Source of the DNA: Macrostomum lignano
Lineage: Eukaryota
Reading direction: 5' to 3'
NCBI GenBank assembly: GCA_002269645.1
Contig: NIVC01001982.1
Location: 62,001 to 126,000 of the forward strand
Length of the DNA: 64,000 nucleotides
Shown here: piece after piece, positions 33,101 through 46,338 of the stretch
Position numbering within the stretch: the stretch's first letter is position 1
Layout: the number at the start of each line of letters is the position of its first letter
Made by a program: the position numbers and the translations under genes
The notes under the pieces: generated by a model
Seen by the model: only the letters and a program-made list of their open reading frames with translations
Told to the model about the DNA's origin: nothing
Databases searched by the model: none

Positions 33101-36100
33101 AGCACTGTCCTTCATTACGCTTTTTGTTATCAAAATTTGTCAACAATCTCTGTTCTGATTGAGAAACTTTCATGGAGAGACTGCTTGACTGTCGCCAATG
33201 ATTTGCAGCAAACCCAGTTCTACCATTCCGTCATGAACTGCACATTTCCGGATGTTTTCCGATGGCTGCTTGAGCAGGTCAAAATGGTGGGCCAAGAAGA
33301 TCTGGTAGATATGCATGAAACTGACTTGAAAGGCAACAATATGTTGCATGCACTGTTCAGAAATTTGAATTACTTTTGGACTTCAGATGAACTGGAAATG
33401 CTCATCGATCGCGTAAAATTGCTTGTCGATCGGGGTGTTGATCCTGCAGCCGAAAACGAATCGAAACAAAACTGTCTGTTTGCTTCAGAAGCGTATGAAT
33501 TTCATTTAGCCAAAGTTTTGAATGCTCTTAAGAAATCTCCGGTTACAGCAATTTTGAAAAACCTTCAACGAAACTCGGAGGGTCTGCACGTAGTTCATGC
33601 TTTTTGTTCAAGATTCGACCTAAAAGAAATTGTTCAAGAATTAGGAAATCTCTGTGATCTCAGTTCCGAAAAAATTTTAGCTGTTCGTGTCTCCGACGGT
33701 CCTCTAAAAGGAGCAACGTGTCTTCACTTTGCTTGCGAATCTGGTCACAAAGAGAACATCGAATACCTTCTTCAGAATGGTGCGAAACTGCAGGATGAGA
33801 CGGCAGCTGGGCAGACATGCGTCGATTTCGCTTACAACAAGGGGAAACTCGAAGTTCTCATTGAGGTAGCAAATGATATCAATAAATTTCCGACAGAGAA
33901 GTCCTTCAGCCTCAGGGAACTGCTCACGTTAGTGGATGTAGCAAAAAAGGCACTGAAACTTCCTGACAAGCAGAGCGCACGGAATCACCTGACTAAATTT
34001 AATGACTCCTCGCTTAAGGCCAGCATTCAGAAGGATAGAACTTCTACACCGAAAGATGCACAAGAAGGCAGAAAGAAAAATGATAAAAAGACTGAGCACG
34101 ATGTTGAACGCATGTCGAAGACAGAAGAGTCTCCTGAAGTACAGATGCTGTTCAGGGCCTTCGAGCTTGACTCAACTGAAATGCTGCGCAGCCTGATCGG
34201 TTTGGGCCTTGTCAATGATGAGATTTATGACCAGTTTTCTAAGCATATTTTGGCACAGATCAGCAAAAAGCAGCCGAATGCTAAGTCTCCGATTATGACT
34301 ACTTTGTTGCAATATTTTTCAGTACAAGACGGAAATTCGAAAGCTCTTGTGCTGATGGAATACGCTGTGCTGCTCGAGAAGCCAAAGCTTCTCACTGACC
34401 TCATGTTGTTGCCTCAATTCGACATCATTCCTCAGACCCTGAGACTGCTCACTTACCTAAAGACGAAAGTCGATAAGAGTGAGATTCTTCAGAGAGTGCA
34501 ACTTCAAGCTTATAACACCATTATCAACATTCTGGACCACCTTTACGCAAATGCTGATGAAGACACGCGAGAACTTCTGTTCACCTACCTGACTGGTTCG
34601 TTTCGTGTTTCGGAAGACCAGCGCAATGCTGGGCCGAGGTTTTTGGCACCTCATTCATCACTCCTGCGACGGGAAAGCTCCCATGCGGACAATGACAAGC
34701 CTCAACAGAAAAGGAGCAACGAAGCACGGAAACTTTCTTCCGAAAATGATACAGCGTCTCAAAAGTTCAAATCAGTCATGGACCTTGTAGAGACTCTGGA
34801 CTGCGACGACTTGTTCGCAACTGAGTGCATCAGCAATTTGGTGGAGCAGCATTGGAAGAGGCATCCACCGTTGTCCTGGAGCAGACCTCAACGCTGTTGC
34901 ACCTGCAACATTTCAGCAAAAGTCACAATTCAACAGCGATTCATCATCTACTCCATCTTCTTCCTGGTCTTCCTGCTCTACTTTGCCTGGTACGTGACGG
35001 ACTTCAGTCGGACTCAACAATCTCCAGTGCCAGACATCATCCTGCTGTTGTACGCACTGTCCTTCACGCTGCAGGAAGTGAATGACTTTATTAACAGTAT
35101 TTCTCTGAAGGACTTGACAATACTCGGGCGTGACATGAGAATTCCACGCTACTTCATTGACCTGTTCAACTACTTTGACATGGCTGGACTGCTGCTGATG
35201 TGGGCAGGTCTGGTCCTGAAGCTGCTCGGCCACTTGAGCGACCCCAGCCTCCTGCGAAGCTGCCAGGTTGTGCTCAGCGTCTCATTCCTGTTTCTCGGCT
35301 TCCGCTCCGTGGCCCTGCTCAGCTACTTCAAGGTCACCGGGCCGAAAATCAATATGCTAAAGAGCTTGCTGTTCAGCGACCTGGTGCCATTCATGCTGGT
35401 CTTGCTGGTGCTGGTGTACTCATTCGGCATCTTCTTCTTCAACCTGCTGTTTCCGGCCTTCTCAGACTCAAGAGATGCTCAGGCTCTGACAAAGATTTTC
35501 ACGGTGCCCGTGTCGCTGGCCTTCGGAATGGTGGAGAGCGCGCAGTTCGAGTCGTGCAGCTCCAGCAGCCTCGCGACTGGAGAGTCCTGTGCGGATGAAG
35601 CTGGAAATAAGGCTTACAACGGAATTCTGGTGTTTGTGTACCTCCTACTGGTGAACATCGTGATGTGGAACCTGCTGATCGCGCTGTTCAGCCGCACCGT
35701 GACGGAGTTGGCCAGCAGGGCGGAGGTTCTGTGGCGCAGGAATCTATTCGAGCTGCTGCAGGAGTTCGCGGAGGTCAGTCCAGTTCCGCCACCGCTGTCG
35801 TTCCCGCACTACGCCTGGAAACTTCTGCAAAGGTGCCACGCTTGTCGGTGCCAGCCACGATCCGGTGAAGTCAGCCCAGCTGATGGTGCTGAAAGTTCGA
35901 AGGTGAGCAGCTTTTGCCGACCAAAAATGCAATTATATGTCAGACTATTTTCATGTAGGCATTTTGCCAAACTCATCAGAGCGGAATGATTCGTTATTTT
36001 GTTTCAAATTTCTAGACACTTAGTGTTTGTTATATTTATTATTTAATTGACGTTGTTGTTCCATTTACATAAGACACTCTTCCGCTTTAGCCGTGGTGGC

Positions 36101-36384
36101 AGCACACCGAGGACTTCAGCGGCTACCCCAAGGACTTCAAGCGCTTCCTCATCTACCAGTCTGAGCAGCTGCGAGAACACCGGCCCCGGCTGCAGTGGCC
36201 TGTGGAGCGCAACAAAGGCGACATCGATGTGCTCAAGGCGCACGTTGAGAACCAGGTCAAGGACTTGCTCGCTACTCAGAGAGAAGACAACGAGAAAATG
36301 GATGAAAGGTTGGACAAACTGCAGCAACAAATGACCAATGTGATGAGCATTTTACAGCAGATGCAACAGCAGAGACAGCAGTAA
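30164..36384 (+). CDS. Ankyrin-repeat TRP cation channel with TRPM-like pore and C-terminus, paralog 1 (exons 30164-35902, 36091-36384; a further 5' exon is possible)
   Basis: About 12 double-ankyrin units and 6 hydrophobic segments. Motifs GPKINML, NLLIALF, LWRRN..PVPPPL. A GTGAGC..TTTAG phase-0 intron leads to a coiled-coil tail. A donor conserved in both duplicates (28473; about 41813) would add MQFAQTVR in phase 2. Confidence 0.92.
30794..33196 (+). repeat. Coding tandem array of 11 x about 219 bp (73-aa double-ankyrin units)
   Basis: Unit starts at about 30794, 31010, 31229, 31448, 31667, 31886, 32105, 32324, 32543, 32762 and 32978. Confidence 0.95.
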
Positions 36385-38415
36385 AGAGCCGTTCCAGTGT
36401 AATTGGCCGTATATCTCAAGTTAATACTCGTAAATACTTATGCTCGTACTCTTGAACTTAGCTGATTAGCTACTCAATGATTTAGATGTACATTCTAGTC
36501 ATTTTCAAAATTAATTCTTCAGCTCAGTTCTCAGACTGATTCCCTAATTGCAGGATGAGCTCAGTGGATCGAGACTGGCCCGAGCTCCTGCTCAGAGTCT
36601 CATTTGTTTGTTTTGATTTGCCACCGGATTGACTAACTTTCGTTACTGATTCTAATTATTTAACTTGAATTTAATGTTTTTTAAATAGCTAAGCCGCCTG
36701 AATCAATACATTGAATTGGAAACCAATTCATTTGGGTATTGAAAATGATAAATACACGAGCAGCTTCCTAATTATTCCAATGAACTGTGTTGACGACTGT
36801 AGTTACATCATGGTATTTAATTTTTGCTCGTGTCTCTCGCTGTTTTTTCTCAACTTGCTTTGTTATTATTTTTGTGAAATTTTCAAACTTTAACAACTTG
36901 AGCGGAAGTACTCACCAGGGCTTGTGATCGGAAGGAACACGTTTCTAAGAACTTTTTTATTCCATAAATTGATTTTATATTCTTACTCACTTCTACGGTA
37001 ACATTGTATTCATTCGCGTTGTTTTCATGTAATTTTTCGAATATATCTGCGTTTTTCTTGCCATCTTACATCTTACTGTAAGGCGCAGTCTTACAAAACT
37101 ACGAAAAAATAAGTACAAGTAGTTTGAACTGGCAGAAATTGTCTCCTTGATGGCACTTTAAACCGGGCTGTAACTGCTATGTTTTTCCCACAATGATTCT
37201 TAGCTGTTGTCCTAAAATATCCCCTGAGTACTCTTTTTGTCCTACAATTCGTCCCTAGCTGTGTTTAGCTGTTTTTATCTATATTATTTATGTTATCTTC
37301 GTTATAATTTGTGCTCAAGGTTTGTTTTGTCTATTTTAAGCCTGTGAAACGCCTGAGCCGCTCACCTGTTTACCTGCCAACTGTCCAGTTGCCTCTTTAG
37401 ACAGCTAAGTGTTTCTCTTAGAATTTTATACTTTAACGGATCATGCAGTGCTTAGCCGATGCTTTATTTATTGTCTGATGCGTTCCAGTATTTATTCTTA
37501 GAAAAGCAGGGATAAAAATATAAAGAAAGTGAAAAAACAACATATTATTAGTTTGTACGATGCGTATATAATTAGGATTTGTCGAACGAACAAAGGGTAA
37601 TAACAAATACATGTGTAATTTTTTGGATTGAACAAAAACAGCATATTAAAGAATAAATTAGATGTAGCTACTAAAAAGCAATAACTCCAAATTTTCATTC
37701 GACTAGTTGATGATACTCTCAGTTTTGAACTACCTGCAACCAACTTTAATATTCTGGCATCCAATTCCGACACTTTTTGGTTGTGACAGCTTCGATTTTC
37801 AACCAGTTTCGACAAACTGCGATACAGATTCGACAGTTGGCATAAATTTCCAACAAACAGTCAATCAGTTCTAACAATTGCCAACCAATTCCGTCAAGTG
37901 GGGTAGAATGCGCATTATCATTTTTCAGGTTGAAATTTCCATTCCGCAAATTCAATCCCGACACTTCCCAATCGAGTAAGACAGGTAAACATAGGCAATA
38001 AAGTATCTTCTTCTCTGAACTCTGTCATTCTTTTTGGACACCCCAAACTTTTTACATCACAATGTATTGACTGTCTTTTACAGGCAATGTGCTTGAGATG
38101 TACACAAACACAAGCAAATCGAAACAAACAAAAACAAGCAATCTGAGCAATGTAAAGAACACCAATGAGCATTTAAGTAAGCACAAAATGATCGGACAGT
38201 CATAATTTTCTTGCCTAACCCTGCACTGCTGCAGGTAGTTCAAAACTGAAAGTGAAAAGGTGTCACGATTTTGGCAGTGTGCATTCTATTTCGACACTGG
38301 GTTACAAAACAGTGTCTTTGTCTGGCCGTCTATGTAACATAATTTGCGCATGTTTCATCCATTTTTGACAGTGCGCACCCAAAATTGACCGTTATAGATG
38401 GTAAGAAACACTTAA

Positions 38416-38600
38416 GAAGGTAGAACGTAAAGTGATAAAAAGAGAACTGGTTTTTAAGCGGTTTTTCAAGCGGTTTTTGGCTTGCAAGATGCTGTCAGTA
38501 TTTCGATGACAGTAGAGTCTCCCGAATTAGATGGTTTTTCAGGGCCTTTGAGCTTGATTGACTCGAGTGAAATGCTGCGCAGCCTGATCAGTTTTGCTTT
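38416..38600 (+). pseudogene. Decayed fragment of a third TRP paralog
   Basis: Aligns by eye to 34065-34208 (GAGTCTCC..TTCAGGGCCTT(C/T)GAGCTTGA..GAAATGCTGCGCAGCCTGATC). Confidence 0.75.
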
Positions 38601-39049
38601 GCCATTTACGCACAAGCAATTTTTCGCCGTGTACAGCATCAGGGCTTGCAACAGTCCTACAGGCCAGGGCGGATCCTCGCACCCAGCAAATTTGCTCGGA
38701 CGGCATTGGCATATAGCTGCTGGCTGAGCATGGAGAGAGGCCTAAAGGAGACTGCCACTTGTCCCGCTACTGCTGGATTTACGTGAATTCAACTTGGCTT
38801 TCGAACCCGGTTCTTCATACCAAAAAAACTAGTATTCGGCCGATCTATTAGCACCAACAAAGAGGTGTTGAGGGTTGGCACCGATTACTCAACCACCGAT
38901 CGGAGCGGCTAGAGCTGACGCTGTACCCGCTCATCGATGCACTGGTAACACCATGCAAGGTACTACATGTATAGAGCGACAGCCCTGAGAGTGTTACGAG
39001 TGGCTGCAGAAAAAATCCAAGGATTCTTCAGGAAAAGTATCCTGTCGAA

Positions 39050-40560
39050 ATCTCTTCCTTGGCCACATTCCACAGTTGGCGTACAAAAAGTGGCAACAGC
39101 AACAGTAACAAACAGCAACAGCCGCATGTAGCAGCAGCAGCAGCAGCAGCTGGTGCTCTCTACCGAACCGGTCGAGCTGTGGCTGTGGCCAACGCGGCTT
39201 GGGATGGATGTATTTTGGTTTGCCCCCCTAGGGTGCTGCCACCCGACCAGGGCCCCGTTCGCCACGGAGAGACGATGCGATCGTTGACCCACCTGCAGGA
39301 CGCTCGCTGCTACTGCCCCGAATACCTTTGAGCTCGTTGCCAACTACATACGAGGTGTGGTTGCCCCCCCCCCACCCTATTCTACAGCACCCGCGTGTCC
39401 GCAGTGCCTACAGCTCCTACAGCACCCTGCGCGACAGTCAGGAGATCAGGTCCCGCCATGAAGCCTGGCCACTGCCTGCTCTTCCGGTCTTACCGCTGCC
39501 TCGTCCAGCTGGAACAGGACCCCAGCTGCTACAGCACTATTGCAGAAGCAACGTTTTCATCTGACTAATTATCAACTTATTCTACCTGCATGTGCATCTT
39601 AGTGATTTTGTGGTCTGTGTCGCTCTTTCGATACACTGACATTTTTAATTGTTCGCCATTGTCTCCAGGGCTCCAGCTCCAGGGCTTTGAGCAGAGCATC
39701 CCGCAGTTTATGAAGCGGAGGAAATTTCGAAGATTCCTAGCGGAGATTGCTAAGGGGGTGAGTCTTTGTTCTGGCTTTCTTTCAGCTTGCTGCTTCTGCG
39801 TCGCTACTGTTGCCGCGGCAGCAGCTGCAGCAACAACAGCCGGACACCACGGTACGTGATCGCCATCACCCCCTCGTGGCAAGCGACCCCCTCCCCGCGG
39901 GGCCCCCGGACGATGGACACCCGGAAAGTCCGTCGACAAAGTGTCGCAACCTTCGTGCCATCACGGCCCTGAGCGCCGGCCCGCTCAACCAAACCGACAG
40001 CGTCGCTGCTGAGTGTTGGGACTACCTACTCGACCTCTAGAGTCAACTAGAGTCAAATTTATCTGGGTGCCAGCCCACTGTGGCATGTCGGGCAACGAAG
40101 CAGCGGACCAGGCGGCCAAATGCGCTGCCACCCTGGAACAAAACCGGACGCCCATCTATCTAAGCGCCGTCAAGGCGGCCATCTGCCGCTGCAGGCGAGC
40201 CCTTGACGCCGCAGTCACGGGCCCGGCCTGGCCCTCACTGAAGGACCTGACGAGACGAGCAGGTGCTAATCAACCAGATCCGAGCGGGGGCCAGTATAAT
40301 CAACGGCAGCACCCGTCACCGCATGGGGCTCGACGCGTCCCCCCTCTGCCCGAATGCGGCATGGAGGACACCGTCGAACACCTGATCTACCAATGCCCAC
40401 GCGGGGACGCATGGAGAGCTCACAGCGGCACGCCGACCGAAGACCTGATGGGAAACTCGGCGGCCCTTCTCGAATTGCTGCGCAGGATGGGGCGCATCTA
40501 GCCCCCGGCCCTATCAGCACCGCCGGATCGGCCGCGTCTGGAATGTAAAGAAGAAGAAAC
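39050..40560 (+). mobile_element. Internally deleted non-LTR retrotransposon remnant (RNase H C-terminal part and 3' end)
   Basis: VKFIWVPAHCGMSGNEAADQAAK, CPECGMEDTVEHLIYQCP, and an (AAG/AAC)-rich tail. Confidence 0.8.
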
Positions 40561-41490
40561 AACAGCAGCAGCTGGTCTTTGTTGTTTCTCCAAAGTTTCT
40601 TGCTGCCTCTTTGGCAGCAAGCAAGTTTGGAAACAACAGGCCCATTAGCGCAGCTCTCCGCTCTGCTGGCGCTGCCGCTGCTGCAAGCGCCGTCGCAATT
40701 GCTCCTTGACGACGACGCATTTCTGAGAGCACTGAACAAAGACTGTCTAACGCTGCTGGCAGTCGCCGCTGCTTTTCGTTAGCCGACAGATACGTCATCG
40801 TGTTTTTGTCTTGTTGCTGTCTTCATCTGGCGCAGACGCAGACTCTGCAACATTTACCGTACATGCTGAATCTTTGTGGCAGCATAACTCCGCCCACTGT
40901 CTGGTGCTGCGTTCTGCAAAAATAAGTGTAAAAAATTTTTTTGTTAATTCTGTAAAAATTTTATGTAAATTTTATGTAAAAATTAATTTTTTTTTAATTC
41001 TGTAAAAAAATGTAAAAATCGCTATTTTACCTGTTCAAAAAAGTTACGTGAATTTTTTATGTAGCATACTGTGTATGCACTCTATGTACATGCACTGTGG
41101 AGCTTTCTTGTCAGTTTCAGTCATGTACGTGTACACAAAATTACGAATGTCTATAAAAGTTATAGAATACAATATGCAGATAACTTTTTCATAAACATGA
41201 GGTACAGTAGTTAGTGGAGGAACCGACCATTCGCTTCAAGTGCCCTAATTCCTTGTTGAAGAAATGGCAGTTGACAATGGGACGTGGATCCATGCCTTTG
41301 TTATCAATAAATATTAAAAGCCAAATACACTTCTATACTTCCAAAATTCACAAGTGCATAAGCTATATTTTGCCACTACAGCAGACCACCCCAAAGACTC
41401 AACAGCAGTTTACCGTTTTCTATATTTATTTGATTTTAAAAAATTAAATTTAGAATGAAAGTCTAACAAAATCGCTAAATAAATTAAATG

Positions 41491-41640
41491 GCAGCGCTTA
41501 TTGTCACGGTACCGTGAGAATAATTTTGAACTTATTGGCACGGTACACTACAAAGATAGGCCTAGGCGGGCTAGGCTCTATATTATGCCGTGCGAATAAT
41601 TTGCCCACTATTCTTACGGTACCGTGACAATAAGCACTCC
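41491..41640. mobile_element. 150-bp MITE; each arm contains a near-perfect 14-bp palindrome (TCACGGTACCGTGA)
   Basis: GCTTATTGTCACGGTACCGTGAGAATA at 41496 is inverted (one mismatch) ending at 41635. Confidence 0.8.
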
Positions 41641-42424
41641 CACCGTAAAAACTGCCGCTATTTAAATGAGACCTTGTTTTAGTTGGTTACTCAGTTTAGT
41701 TTGCTCAGATATAAGCCAACAATTGGAGGCTACTCACATCAAGCTCAACTGGTTTTTTGGTGCAATTTTTTGGTATCTTCTCTCCTTAGCGCCTATTTGC
41801 GCCAACTGTGCGGTGAGTGAATGCGAGTTTCTCTTTTGTTTTTTCCTTGCTCAATGATTCCTATTGTTCCTTCCTTGCCTCGTTTTATTCCTTTTTGTGT
41901 AGTTTTGTGAGCTGTTTCTTCAAAGCTTCAGTTTCAGAAGCTTCAGAAGGCGAGAGTAGTTGTAGGTATTATATTGGGTGGCCGTACACTCGACTTCGTC
42001 CAGGCGTTCATCATTCACTCGCTTCGCTCGTTCTTTCATTCGTTCATTCTTCACTTGATATCCATCCAATATAATACGAGTACCTACAACTACTACAAAT
42101 TATTTTTTTAAACTGTAATTTTTAATGATTAGAGCTTAACTTTTTTCGGAGGGTAAGGGTGAGGGCAATGCCCTTTTTAAAAAGTGATAGGAAAAAAAGA
42201 AAAAAATGATTTTGTAAAATTCATTTAATTCAAGTAATCGAAAATGAGTAAAACGTTTCCAGGATTTTGTAAAACTCATTCAAACGTGAATTTTATTTTA
42301 TAGTGAATACGCTACAAGTGTAGATTCAGAAGAGAATAATAGTAATTACGAGTGTTCTCAAGAGGAGGCTGACTAAGTCAGAGCTTCATACCTTCCATTG
42401 TTACTGAAAGCCCACATACAGTCT

Positions 42425-42670
42425 CCATTGTTCTCGGAAAAGGGGAACTTCCCCGCAGTTTCTATTGTACTCAGAAAAGGGAAACTGCGTTGCCTATACG
42501 TGAATTCAACAGTACTCAAAATCTCTTACTCATCTAGTCGCTAATTACAACCATTCCTTTCTCCTCTCAGTACTGAGTACTCTCAAGAGTCTATATTGTT
42601 CTCGGAAAAGGGGAACTTCCCCGCAGTTTCTATTGTTCTCGAAAAAGGGGAACTTCCCTGCAGCTTCTCT
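42425..42670. repeat. About 38-bp dispersed/tandem repeats with GGGGAACTTCCC(C/T) cores
   Basis: Cores at 42442, 42610 and 42647. Confidence 0.8.
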
Positions 42671-45600
42671 ATTATTCTCAGAAAGAGGCCTTATCTCTTT
42701 AATCCCAATAGGCCGCCAAAACCAGCATTTTTTGGCAAAATTTTTGACGGAATTTTTGGCGAAATTTTTTGCGGAACTTTGGCAGAAAATCTGGCATCTA
42801 ATGGGAGACCTCCAAATTTTATATAATAAGAAGCTTCCTATCATTTTCCACAAGGGAACAATTTTCTATTCCAACACCAAACCATGCCGTCTGAAAAAGA
42901 GCTTAGGCGTCGTTCTTACGAGGCAGTTAGGAAAGCCAAAGGAAGCAGTAGGAAGATCGGAGGTCTGTTTAATCAAACATTATTCGCCAATATGAAAAGA
43001 CTAGAAACGATTGACGTTCATTGCTGGTTTCTCAAGAAAACAATAGAAGCTATAGACAACCATACTACTTATGTAAGTAGTATGCTAAAAACAACTTTGG
43101 ATTGAAAATACACGTTTACCATCTTTGGATTGATAATATGCCGCAGTAAGCGGTGCTCGTTTTGTCAATGTTATTGTCTGAATTTCCCAAGCAGAATATA
43201 TAGACATGAGAATGAATTACATTCCGGAGAAGGAAATGGAGATTAGCTGGAACAAATATTTTACCAAAATATCACAGTAAAAATGGCTTTTAGAAAAAAT
43301 ATTTTCTTTGGCAATTCAATAGACATCCAAAGTGCAATCTCGAGGGTTCCCCCCCTATTTTCTCCGCGGGAAAATATCCTGGAGAATTTCATATACCATC
43401 ATATAATTTCGCAGGTTACCTTGTGGCCTGAGTGAGGACGTCAATGTCCTTTCTAAAGTAATCGAATAAGCACTTGTAAAATTTTCTATAGTAAAAATGG
43501 AGCAAACTATTCGGGAAATTGTCCTGAAACCAATTGACGACAAGGTGAGGTATGACCAAATTCTTTGCAATTCATTTCAAGAAGAGTTAATAGTTTCACA
43601 CAAGATTAAAAGTAATTCAAATGAGACTAAGCAGACTATACGAAGTTTTAGCAGAAAATTATTTTGGATTCGAGAAGGCAAAAAAGAAAGACCTGAGTTC
43701 ACGTTGAGCAAAAGATTGAATTAGAGCTTAAATATTCTGATAACACGGACTATTCATCAAGTCGTGAAAGGAATTATCAGAAACCTTTTCCTTCTCTTAT
43801 CCAATAGAAAAATAGCATCTGCCACCCACCGCCGCATTAATTTTCTTCAAAGCTTATGTGGATCACCAAGCTGGAAATTTGCTCGGCGGTTTGACTTGTG
43901 CTTGTCAAGATCGCTGCGGTTTCTTTAGTGACAGAGTGTGACCTTGCTTCTAATTATTTCCTGGCAGACAGCATTGGTTTCCAGGAGAAGTCGGCCTCAT
44001 TGCTAAGTAGTGGTGTAGTGAGGGGCTCAACGTCATTTTTCTAGCGATCTTGGCTCTGATAATTAAACTTCGACAAAGATTTCCATTAATGAAAAACCTC
44101 TTTTTCAAGCAAGCAAGCGATGCAATTTAAGGATGATATATTCGAGAATGAAGCCAGCTCTACGCTTATCAATATGCTGTTGAGTCCGTGAAACTGGGCT
44201 GTACCTGCCCGGGTGTAACTGAGGGCTTGAATCAGCTGTCTCGCTGATGGGGGTTTCTATTTACATACATGTACAAGAGACGTAGTACATGTACGATATC
44301 CGATCTTGTTGATTGTCATTCTCATTAGCATTGATCCATGACTCTAGGTCTAGCAGTAGTGTTTAAATTAATGTAGAAAGAGATAGACGAGGAAGAAGAC
44401 GAGAGTCAGCCTCAGATTTTGCTGCGACTGCAACTGTGCATAATTCCACTTTCTGTTAAAACTTAATTCTCACTTTAGTCAACTAGAGTGTCAACTAAAC
44501 AAGTTTTTGTTTATGCTCGATTGTTCTCTCTCTGCCTACTCCTACTCGTAAATTTAGACTCTTTGCCTCGCAGAGGTAAGAATTTGGTGAAAAGCACTTT
44601 TGTAGCCTGGTCGAGAGAATGAGACCGAGTGACTGGGAAGCGATCTGCTACTAAGAGTAGCGAGTTTGAGGTATGAGAAACGTTTTATCATCAGTTCAAA
44701 GCACGGGGCATAAGCTCCCGTGCCAGTGGACTGTGAGAGCTTCACATCCCTTTCGGCTATGAAAGTCGCAGCAGCCCCTGTTGTGAAAGTCGCAAAGGTC
44801 ATCAAGAAGCCTTGTAGCCTTGTTGTACTCGTAGGCTATAAGCCGTAGTACTCAGTTCAAGCAATCATGTGTTCAACAATAACAACTAAGAACCCATCCC
44901 ACCGATCACACGAAGTGGCCAGAAGGGGGGAGGAGTCAGATGGGTCAGGGTCCATCAAAAATTCACACCCACCCGCGTGGTCATGGGCGCTAGCGTCCTC
45001 CTTTATGAATCTGTCAATGTAGCGAGCCGTTCGCCCTTGGCCTTGCCTACGCGGTCCCTGCCGCTGGAAGCAGCAGCACGTCAATGCAGCGGCTCCCCGC
45101 CGCAGCTTTCGACAACATGACGTGGCCAGCCAGTCGAAGTGTCGCCGCTCGCGCAGCAGTTCAGAAGGCCGCATCAGGCTTGCCCTCTAGTAGATCATCT
45201 AAACATTCCGGATCCTCATAAGATTTACATCCTCACAATGTGCTTATAGATGCCTGTCAAAAGTTTGAGATGCTTCAATCAACCGACTTAACTTGCATGG
45301 GATTACATGGCGTTTTTCGGCAATTTATGGCAAGACAGTGTGGTCAGGAGCTTCACCTGTGGTTAGGGGCCGGTAGAGCAGCTCAGCGGTAGACAACTCT
45401 GATTCTGGAGCACAAAATGCACAAGGCGCAGAAAGTGTACAGCCCCTTGGCGCTTAGAAATTCAAGGCCAGCCTGTACACCCTGTGTGAGCGTGTGTACG
45501 AGTGCCCAGTTGCGTACAGTCTTGGCGAGCTTGAGTCAGCAGAATGTGCAGAATTGCCTCTGTGCTGGTTGTTGGGACGATGTCGCCAAAGGCTTTGCGC

Positions 45601-46338
45601 TATAAAGTGCAAAGTTAGTCCCTAGAGAATAGTATTAATATTAGATATGGTCCTTAAAACGTTATATGCATGGTGATGTTTTCTTGTGAATGGTAGTAAA
45701 GCATTGGAACTTTGTTTTAAAATACTTAGCTTACTTTATCAATATCACATAGACTGTATCAAATTTGAAAATCTATTGTTGGGATAATTTACGAGTAGTT
45801 GAAACGTAAACGAACACAATACTGCAGGAATCCTTTAGGTGCTTTGTTGACGTCCACTTTGACAAGAATGGGATCCGGTTTGCAGCTCTACTTGCTGATT
45901 TAATGTACACCCTGTAAGGTTATTGTACATTTTATTTGAACGAAATTTACAAAATTTTTATTTTGACAATGAACCGTGTTATAAAGTGAAGTATTTATGA
46001 AAATCTCAGCTTGTAGTAGCTAAAGTTCATTTCTCTACGCTATAAGTCGTGAGTTGAACTCACGGCCACTGCAACTCCAATATTTATCTCTCTCTACTAC
46101 ACCATACTACTGTCGAGAGGGTAATGCCAAAAATGGAAATGCCTGAGAGGAAATGTCCGTAAGTCTTTTTGTACCAACAGGGGAACATAGAAACGCCTCC
46201 AAAATACTTTTACTAGATTCTACATTGTATATTTAAAGTAAGTTTTTCCTGCTCACGCATAATTTTGTTAGCCTAATTCTAAAAAACCGATTACTGTTTT
46301 ACTGCCAGGAGAATTCACAGCTGTGCCAGACGCTCCTA

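Larger units (their letters stand above)
28080..38250. repeat. Old tandem duplication unit 1 of the ankyrin-TRP locus (unit 2 about 41640-53380)
   Basis: Homologous flanks: 28460-28550 vs 41805-41880, 29460-29815 vs 43880-44150, 36560-36800 vs 51820-52070, 37420-37500 vs 53290-53360. Confidence 0.9.

Noticed and set aside
31272-35868. Many short alternative-frame and antisense ORFs inside the TRP, Gypsy and LINE coding regions
   Set aside because: Shadow ORFs that recur with the repeat period and have no independent motifs.
40514-40798. 94-aa Ala-rich minus-strand ORF
   Set aside because: Low-complexity CAG/GCT-rich sequence next to a LINE tail; no recognisable domain or splice support.
44554-45174. 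Adjacent same-frame minus-strand ORFs with Cys/His clusters, possibly a decayed transposase
   Set aside because: I could not assign any family motif; it needs a profile search before any call.
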